From Candidatus Poribacteria bacterium (GTDB lineage Bacteria; Poribacteria; WGA-4E; PCPOR2b), in NCBI GenBank assembly GCA_965208675.1, contig OZ242351.1:896001-960000 (forward strand): a stretch of DNA of 64,000 nt, written 5' to 3'. Below, piece after piece: positions 1 through 7,736 of this stretch. A program made the translations under genes and the position numbers. The notes beneath the pieces were generated by a model. That model made no database searches. It was given only the letters and a program-made list of their open reading frames with translations, and had not been told where the DNA came from. Each line of letters starts with the position of its first letter. The first letter of the stretch is position 1.

Positions 1-647
1 CCGAGCGGCTTCATGTCTTCCGCAAGGCCGCAAGCCTCCCGGATGCCGAAGTATACGCCCCGGCCGGTTGCTTCTTTCCTTCCACGGATACCGCCTTGCG
101 ATATCGGTTTACCGGTGACACATGCCATAACCTCCAACTTCTCAGAAGCCAACGCGTTGTACGTACCGAACATCCACGCCATTTCTCGAGCACCTGTTCC
201 GTAGTCCGGTGCCGGTACGTCTACGCCTGGACCGATGAAATTCTTCATCACCATTTCATAGGTAAAGCGCCGTGTTATTCGTTCTAGTTCTTCAGTAGAA
301 TATTTCCATTTTGCAATTTTAATCCCGCCTTTGGCACCCCCGAACGGTACATCAACGATGGCGCATTTGTATGTCATTAGTGCCGCGAGCGCCATTACCT
401 CATCTTCATTGACCAACATACTGTAGCGAATGCCGCCCTTGGTCGGCAGTTTGTGGTGGCTGTGTTCAGCCCTCCATGCGTGAATCGTCTCGATTGTACC
501 GTTGTCCTTTTCGAGAGGAAATGTTATGTGATAAACGCTGTTACAGATTTTAATCTGCTCTAACAGGCCGGGATGATGGGGAGTTAGCCTAGCGGCTCGG
601 TCGAAGTTCAGATTGACCTGTTCAAAAAACGGGGTTGTCTCTGGCAT
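1..647 (-). CDS. Glu/Leu/Phe/Val dehydrogenase (glutamate dehydrogenase), 3' end outside window; missing from ORF track
   Basis: Manual translation from ATG at 647: [19 protein letters not shown]...[20 protein letters not shown]...[21 protein letters not shown]...DVPAPDYGT...ATGRGVYFG, all GDH signature motifs; AGGAG RBS upstream. Confidence 0.92.
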   Translation of the reverse strand, partial: MPETTPFFEQVNLNFDRAARLTPHHPGLLEQIKICNSVYHITFPLEKDNGTIETIHAWRAEHSHHKLPTKGGIRYSMLVNEDEVMALAALMTYKCAIVDVPFGGAKGGIKIAKWKYSTEELERITRRFTYEMVMKNFIGPGVDVPAPDYGTGAREMAWMFGTYNALASEKLEVMACVTGKPISQGGIRGRKEATGRGVYFGIREACGLAEDMKPL

Positions 648-1420
648 AGCGCACGCTCCTGTGAAAAATATTGCCCGGTGTAATTGCGAGGCGTATGATG
701 ATTCTTGCTAATTACACTTCCGCTGTATTGCTCAACTACATCCTAAATAGTTTGGACTCTATCATAACACAAACGGATAACAAAAACAACGGTTCGATAG
801 TCCCTTTATACAACATCTAACGCCTAGAGCCCACGAGGCAAGCCGTAATTCCCTTATTCACTGGACAGCGATGAACAAGGTGGAAGGCGGATTCCGGCGC
901 CGATTTGGTCAAGTTGAATCGCCGGAAATCATGCGTAATTCACATCGAGCGGAATTAGAAAAAGGAGCCATAGCCGGAAAGTTAACTGTCATCCGGGAAT
1001 GTGGCTAGGAGAAGAGGATAGAAACGGGTGAAGATTGGCAATTATGGGCATGAAGGGTAAATGAGGTAGGCGCGTCCCCTGCCAAGCCCTCTCGGTTGGG
1101 TAGGTTGAATCAGAGGGCTTGATAGAGAGAGGTTATTGTTTTAAATACGTAATCGTATTCTAATTAAGTGAGATTATTGCGCCGGCGTGCGGCGTTAGTG
1201 CCCGCGGTTCATGATCACGGGGTTATTGAAACCGTGATTTCTTATTAAGCCCGTGTCTAAACGATTCGGTAATCACAACAATGCGGACACCGAATCGTCG
1301 AGGGACACCTTGGTTATCGCACATGGGCGGTCCTTTTAAATTCCCATAGTGAATCGCTCGCACATCAATGGTGTCAATGTTCCCCTAATCCCCCGGTGCG
1401 ATTTTTACGCCGTGTTTCAT

Positions 1421-3034
1421 TCACTCTACTCGCTTCATTTCTCCGGATTTGTAGCGGCCCCAATAGTCTTGCACTTTCACCAGAACTCTTGGCGCGAGAA
1501 TTATGCTGCCTACTATATTTGGAAATGCCATGCTGAGAATTAGCAAATCAGAAAATTCAAGTACATCTGTCAATGTGTTTACCGCTCCGAGAATAATAAA
1601 ACCGACAAAAATGATTCTGAAAACGATGACCGATTTCAAACCAACCCCGCCGAAGTGATCCAACAGATAAACCCAACCGCGTTCGCCATAGTAACACCAA
1701 GCAATCATCGTGGAATACGCAAAAAGCCCTATGCTGATGGTGAGAATATATGGGAACCAGCTAATTGCACTGCCAAATGCGGCTGTCGTTAGCGCAACAC
1801 CAGCATTTTGGGGAATGCTCGGATTAATCCAAGCGCCCGTGATAATCACTACTAATGCAGTCATCGTGCATACGATGATGGTATCAATGAAAGGACCAAT
1901 CATGCCGATGATGCCTTCCCGGACAGGTTCATCGGTCTTCGCCGCGGCATGGGCGATAGCTGCACTGCCAAGCCCGGCTTCGTTGGAAAACGACGCTCGT
2001 CTAATTCCCCAAACAAACACGCCGACAAAACCGCCATAGAACGCATTTTCGGTGAACGCCATACTAAAAATCAAACCGATAGTCGCAGGCACCTTGGTAA
2101 TGTTTGAGAGAATGATGAAGAGCGAAGCTACTACGTAAATGCCGCACATCGCCGGAACGATTTTGGATGTTGCTGCGCCAATCCGCTTGATCCCGCCAAT
2201 AATTACTATCCCGACTAACACCGCCATGATGATGCCAATTAGCCAGTTGAAGCTCTCCGAAATCCCGAACGTACTCCGAAACGCTTCGGCAGTTTGGTTG
2301 GCTTGGAACATGTTGCCGCCGCCGATTGCGCCGCACATAATCATGAGCGCGTACATCACGCCAAGGACTTTCCCGATCGGCTTCCAGGACCCACCCATCT
2401 GTTTCAATCCCAGGTCAACATAATACATCGCACCACCCGAAATAGAACCATCGGCGTTTACCCGGCGGTACATCTGCGATAGAACGCAGGTGCAGAATTT
2501 TTCGGACATCCCGAACACTGCAGCGAACATCATCCAGAATACCGCGCCCGGACCTCCCAATTGAATCGCGATAGCGACACCTGCGATGTTGCCAAGCCCA
2601 ACTGTGGCAGAGAGCGCGCTTGTCAAGGCACGAAAATGGGAAATCTCGCCGGTGTCTTCCGGCTTGTCATACTTCCCGCGAATGACATCAATTGAGTGTT
2701 TTAGCCCTCGCACATTGATCCAGCGATACCAAAACGTGAAAAAGATACCTCCTAAAATGAGAAGCATTACGAGAAATGGAACTGGAATAACGCGCTTCGC
2801 CGGATTACCCATCTCGTCGTAAATCGGCATTCCCTCCCGATCCACTTGGTCTAGCTGGACTGCGCCAAAGGCGATATCAAAGAACAAGACGGCTGAAACG
2901 GCTTTATTTACCGTAGCAAGGACTGTCGGTGATTCCTCCGCTTCTGCCCACGCGGACGTACCAATTAGAATTGTCAGCAATACCAGAACTACAGCTAACA
3001 TCTTACTGTAAAGCAATAAGGTTTCTCCTTTCAT
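1421..3034 (-). CDS. Alanine/glycine:cation symporter (AGCS family)
   Basis: ALSATVGLGNIAGVA, GGPGAVFWM, FSNEAGLGSA, FIDTIIVCTMT motifs; many TM helices. Confidence 0.93.
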   Translation of the reverse strand: MKGETLLLYSKMLAVVLVLLTILIGTSAWAEAEESPTVLATVNKAVSAVLFFDIAFGAVQLDQVDREGMPIYDEMGNPAKRVIPVPFLVMLLILGGIFFTFWYRWINVRGLKHSIDVIRGKYDKPEDTGEISHFRALTSALSATVGLGNIAGVAIAIQLGGPGAVFWMMFAAVFGMSEKFCTCVLSQMYRRVNADGSISGGAMYYVDLGLKQMGGSWKPIGKVLGVMYALMIMCGAIGGGNMFQANQTAEAFRSTFGISESFNWLIGIIMAVLVGIVIIGGIKRIGAATSKIVPAMCGIYVVASLFIILSNITKVPATIGLIFSMAFTENAFYGGFVGVFVWGIRRASFSNEAGLGSAAIAHAAAKTDEPVREGIIGMIGPFIDTIIVCTMTALVVIITGAWINPSIPQNAGVALTTAAFGSAISWFPYILTISIGLFAYSTMIAWCYYGERGWVYLLDHFGGVGLKSVIVFRIIFVGFIILGAVNTLTDVLEFSDLLILSMAFPNIVGSIILAPRVLVKVQDYWGRYKSGEMKRVE

Positions 3035-3052
3035 TTTTGTTCATGCAGAACA

Positions 3053-3856
3053 TTACTCTTCTACAGCAACGACCTGGCGAAAATCAAACTCAAAATCAAC
3101 TTTTGACCGACTCCCTTCCCCATTCATTATTATGACATTGGGAATGATAACGCTCACATCCGTTGCCTCAAGATCGAGCCGATCAAACACCAATAGCCCA
3201 CTGCGTTTGGCACCCCGAAAAAGTTTCCCGCCTTCGAAGATAGTGTCTCGAGCAACACTTCGGGCGTCGTTTAAATCATATGAGTCTGGATAGGTGTGGT
3301 ATATTCGGTAAGGTGGATGATAACGGTAGCGATGAAGATGTCCGTGGAAATAGTGGCGGTAAGGGCTGCGGTAAAGTGAACGAGGATACGGATAAGAATA
3401 CCGATATCCAATATCGTGATAAACTACTGTCCGAGGACTCGGAGAATCGTAGACATCACTAAAAAAGCTGTACGGCAATGAAGCATACTGATCGCCGTGC
3501 GCATCAATTAAAAATCCGGTTTCGTCAATAACTACCCGCCTATTATCGACGTTACGTACGCGAACGCCAAAGACTGTATACAAAGGTACTAAGTTTCGCC
3601 CATCCGAAACTATGTAAGGGTTGATGTTAGGGTGTTCTATTAGCTCGGCTAGCTTGGCTGAATCGAGCGGTTCAAGCGTAACACGGACACCCTTCTGCTC
3701 GACCGTTATTGAACCCGCCTGGGGATTGATTTGAGCATTCTCGCCCTCAACGACAGGCTCCATGTAGACATCAATATGCTGTTTGAGACCACAGCCCGTT
3801 AGATAGCTCGTGGCCGCCACCAAGAAAAGTAAGCCCCAAAACTTTCGGTACATCAT
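3053..3856 (-). CDS. Hypothetical lipoprotein with Tyr/His/Arg-rich insert
   Basis: GGAGG RBS before ATG 3856; signal peptide with lipobox LTGC; beta-rich body. Confidence 0.7.
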   Translation of the reverse strand: MMYRKFWGLLFLVAATSYLTGCGLKQHIDVYMEPVVEGENAQINPQAGSITVEQKGVRVTLEPLDSAKLAELIEHPNINPYIVSDGRNLVPLYTVFGVRVRNVDNRRVVIDETGFLIDAHGDQYASLPYSFFSDVYDSPSPRTVVYHDIGYRYSYPYPRSLYRSPYRHYFHGHLHRYRYHPPYRIYHTYPDSYDLNDARSVARDTIFEGGKLFRGAKRSGLLVFDRLDLEATDVSVIIPNVIIMNGEGSRSKVDFEFDFRQVVAVEE

Positions 3857-4156
3857 TTTTCGTTCCTCCGTTAAGAAATTGAGTATATTGCTGCTTCTAC
3901 CGACACTGAGCAATTTAGATGCCATCATTCACTCAATCAATGACTAGGGCTAAACGGGGGTTATAATATGGCACATAATATCTACTGTGGCAAGCACGAT
4001 ACAATACTGTAGCAAAAAAGTAACTAGAAATGTCTTTCGGATTACGATTGAATCAACGCCGAATGTATAACAGAATTAGGCGTACGCCCATTTCACGAAT
4101 GCTCTTAGTTTAACACAGCGCGGGAAAAATTGCAATTGCTTTTCATTTTCTTTCAT

Positions 4157-4729
4157 TCAGCCGTACTGCCGCCATAAAAATCGTCCTACTATCAGTCCAA
4201 CGACAGCAATAATTGCGGTGAGTGTGCGTTTTTCACTCTTTAACGCGCGGGAGAAGGAAAAATCGTGCTTGGAAGGATTGGCATATCGGTGAATTTTAGG
4301 AAGGAATTGAGGCACTGCCGCAAAATAGGATTCATATACTGAACCACAGAACTTGCGCAGGTAAGCCTCTTCAGAAGCGATAATTGGGAGATACTGGGCA
4401 GCGTAGCCAATGAAGAGTAAGATTATCATCCAGTAGACATTAGCGATTAAACAGACACCGAAACTTAGGAACAGATTTCCCAAGTAAAGTGGATTTCGGA
4501 CATAGGCGTAAGGGCCTGTTGTAATGAGGTTGCGCGCTACGCCTAAATCTTGGGCGCGGGTGGTGCCGCCCGCATAACCGGCGGTCCACAAACGAAGACA
4601 CTCACCAATACACAAAAAGGAGATTCCAATCAGAACAGAAATCGGCGTAGGCCGGGAATAATAGGCTAGGACGAGAACAAACGGAATGGGAGTCAGGCTC
4701 CGCAAGCGAAAGAGAAATCTGCCAATCAT
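4157..4729 (-). CDS. Isoprenylcysteine carboxylmethyltransferase (ICMT/PEMT-like) membrane methyltransferase
   Basis: LITTGPYAYVRNPLYLG and EEAYL...Y...VPQFLP motifs. Confidence 0.85.
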   Translation of the reverse strand: MIGRFLFRLRSLTPIPFVLVLAYYSRPTPISVLIGISFLCIGECLRLWTAGYAGGTTRAQDLGVARNLITTGPYAYVRNPLYLGNLFLSFGVCLIANVYWMIILLFIGYAAQYLPIIASEEAYLRKFCGSVYESYFAAVPQFLPKIHRYANPSKHDFSFSRALKSEKRTLTAIIAVVGLIVGRFLWRQYG

Positions 4730-4748
4730 ATTGGCCTGCCCATTACGC

Positions 4749-5810
4749 TCACTTGGGAGTTTTCCAAATCAGCACTGCTCCAATGATTGCATAAATTGTG
4801 TTTGCGCCCCAACACGCTACGATTGGTGAAAGTTTGCCGTTTTCGCCAAGTCCCTCAAGTGTTGCAAACGAAACACCCCAATACAAAAAACTGAGAAAAA
4901 AGGCAATCACCAAACCGGCGAAAAACCCGGCTTTGCCAAATCGTATAGAAATTGGCGCACCGATTAATACAACGACGAACGCTGCAAACGGATAAGCCAA
5001 TTTGTGCTGTATCTTCACCTGCTCACGCCGAATAGTTTGGCCCGCGCGCCTTTTATACCGAACCTGCTCCTGCAGCTCCGCAAACGTCATCGCGCGTATA
5101 TCTTTGTCGTTCCCAGCGAACCGCTCCGGATTTTCAGAGCGATTAATCTGCTTGGTATCGAACGGCTCAAAAGAAATTTCAACGTCTTTCTCAATGCGGC
5201 GTATAAAACCGTCGACGAGATGCCATTGGGTAGGTGACCATGTTACCGAATGGGCAAAAATCTCCTGCTCAAGATTTCCGATCGAATCAAACTCATAAAT
5301 TGTCATTTTATTGATGTTTTGGTGTTGGAGATCCAAATTTTGGATGTAGAACAGCCGATTATGTTGCCCTTTAAACACCACATTTCGACTACGGCGCAAC
5401 GGAATCTTCTTTTTCAATTGATTCGCCCGGTGGTAAGCAGGTGCAGCAATCTGATCGTAGAACAGTGAAAAAAGGATGCAAATTAGGAGAGTAGAAGCGA
5501 GAATTGGGGCGATAATACGATACACGCTGATGGTCGCCATCTTCATTGCTGTGAGTTCATTGTTTCTTGCCATGCGGCCTAAAACGAAGAAAGTCGCGAG
5601 AAAACTGGCGAGCGGGACAACCTCCATGATTCTGCGCGGCGCCTGAAATAAAACAATCTGGATTGCCGTGGTGTAAGGTACATCTTCATCAAATCGTTTG
5701 ATGTCTTTATCGAGCAAGCGAACAACAACTACAAGCGTAATAAAAAATGTAAGCGCCAACACAAAAGTTCTTATATATTCAGCAAAAATGTACCGGTCTA
5801 GGATTCTCAA
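4749..5810 (-). CDS. lptG: LPS export ABC transporter permease LptG
   Basis: MRILDRYI start, NELTAM motif, periplasmic beta domain, KLAYPFA; second of an LptF/G pair. Confidence 0.85.
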   Translation of the reverse strand: MRILDRYIFAEYIRTFVLALTFFITLVVVVRLLDKDIKRFDEDVPYTTAIQIVLFQAPRRIMEVVPLASFLATFFVLGRMARNNELTAMKMATISVYRIIAPILASTLLICILFSLFYDQIAAPAYHRANQLKKKIPLRRSRNVVFKGQHNRLFYIQNLDLQHQNINKMTIYEFDSIGNLEQEIFAHSVTWSPTQWHLVDGFIRRIEKDVEISFEPFDTKQINRSENPERFAGNDKDIRAMTFAELQEQVRYKRRAGQTIRREQVKIQHKLAYPFAAFVVVLIGAPISIRFGKAGFFAGLVIAFFLSFLYWGVSFATLEGLGENGKLSPIVACWGANTIYAIIGAVLIWKTPK

Positions 5811-5812
5811 TC

Positions 5813-7027
5813 TTATTCCCCGAGATGTTGTATTTCCGGATTTTTCAAAACTACTGGCGGATTTTCACCCCGCGTTCGCCACGCTGTCAATCTATCTTCA
5901 AAAATCGTCATTACGATGATTCCCATTCCAATCGCTCCTATAGTAATATTCGGCAACCAAATCGAAAATGCGGGCGGCAGCGTGCCATTTTCTCCAGCCT
6001 CCTGCCCGAACTGCAAAATCAGATAGTAAAACAGAATCAGTGTCATCCCTATTCCTGCCCCGACCATTTTGCCGCTTCGTTTCACTATCAACCCTAGCGG
6101 CACGCCAATTAAACCGAAAACAAAACACGCAAACGGGATTGAAAACCTCTTCTGATACTCTACCCGTGCCTTCCTTGACTTATCTATTATTAAGTCTGAA
6201 CTGTTCACCTGCGAAAGACGGCTTTCAAGTTTATTCACGTGGGCTCTGAGCTTTTCCATCGACATGGTCCGAGGACTTTCAAATTCTTGTTTCGTACGTT
6301 CCACTGTCTCGCTCAAATCGAGTGCGATTCGATGTTCAGCAAACGATGTCAGCCGGAAACCGTTAGGTGAAGAGGGAATAGGTTCATAGGTTAAGCCGTC
6401 GTAGAGTTTTAACCAAGCCTGACCGTTTTCAATCTCAATGTCCCCTCCAGTTGCATGGATAAAACGAGGCTGCCCCGACCAAATTGAATCCCACACCTTA
6501 ACGTCTTGCAGCCTATCCGTGTTTGAGGCTGTCGATTCGTACATCCAGAGTTTTCCCTCCCGTTCCAACTCCTTCATGATCACACCCTCTTCTAACACAA
6601 AAGCTGGATTCTGCCTGTTTATATCGCGCTTTAACGAAGCATAAGCCACATTGCCGCGGGGCAAAGCGTAGTCCATGAAGAAAAAATCAAAAACGCCAAT
6701 TAAGCTTGCAACGACCAACAGCGGCAAAAGGATTTGATGAAATCCAATTCCGTGCGATTTCATAGCGGCAATCTCATTGTCTGTCGAGAGTCTTCCCAAG
6801 GCAAGCAGGATTCCAACGAGGGTTGCCATTGGGATAGTCAAGACTAGTATCACCGGCAAGACATAAATCAGCAGTTCAATCAGATAACCGAGGTTGATTC
6901 CCTTTTCTACAAAGCGTTTTGTGAGTCGGAAAATTTCGTCAAGTAACAGGATGGAAGTAAAACAGAGTAGCGCAAGAAAGAAGGGTGGGAAGAACTCTTT
7001 TAGTGCGTATCTAGTTAAAATTTTCAA
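5813..7027 (-). CDS. lptF: LPS export ABC transporter permease LptF
   Basis: KILTRYALKE, LGRLSTDNEIAAMKSHG, KRFSIPFAC, WLPN motifs; TTG start. Confidence 0.85.
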   Translation of the reverse strand: MKILTRYALKEFFPPFFLALLCFTSILLLDEIFRLTKRFVEKGINLGYLIELLIYVLPVILVLTIPMATLVGILLALGRLSTDNEIAAMKSHGIGFHQILLPLLVVASLIGVFDFFFMDYALPRGNVAYASLKRDINRQNPAFVLEEGVIMKELEREGKLWMYESTASNTDRLQDVKVWDSIWSGQPRFIHATGGDIEIENGQAWLKLYDGLTYEPIPSSPNGFRLTSFAEHRIALDLSETVERTKQEFESPRTMSMEKLRAHVNKLESRLSQVNSSDLIIDKSRKARVEYQKRFSIPFACFVFGLIGVPLGLIVKRSGKMVGAGIGMTLILFYYLILQFGQEAGENGTLPPAFSIWLPNITIGAIGMGIIVMTIFEDRLTAWRTRGENPPVVLKNPEIQHLGE

Positions 7028-7736
7028 GCCTATAAAACTCCGATTGCCTGCACAATGTACATCATATTGTTGGTTTATTTTACACCACGCAAGTCAATAT
7101 ATGCAAGATATTAGTTGCTACGCAAAAGTTGAATCTTCAGTTACACAACACCTTTGACCGTCAACGAGAAATTTCCCGCGTCCCTTTCTACTGAGTCATC
7201 TTGTTCCAGACGTAAAATCATGTGCGCACATTTGCCAATTGCATTTTAAGTCTAACGCCTTTTCACTGCACAACGCACGTTTCGCATCCATCCATGCCGG
7301 CGAGAAAAACCATTTGGCCCAACAACGGCTCTAGCACATAATTTTCAAACAGGAATTAAAGCAATGCACTATCTGCGAGAAAATTCTCTCTTATAGGCGG
7401 AATTTTCGCTAAAAGTGCATCCGAATCTGTGTTGCAGTAAACGACTGTAAAATTGTCTTCTCAACAGCATTTATACAAATAATATACGTCGCGCAATCAT
7501 CCATGACAGCGAGAAATACAATTACCTCGTCGCCCATGCATGAATCCCACTTTAACACGGACGCGGCGGTGACAAAAATTTACCAATATGCGTTTTTGGG
7601 GTTAATTTCGTTGTGCAATTGCTAACATCTACAATGGACAAACAAAACAGCTAGGATATTACCCAATGCGAGAGGCTTTGGACCTTACGGCAACGGGAAA
7701 GGTTTGATGCAACTCACGTATCATCAGGAGAATGAA

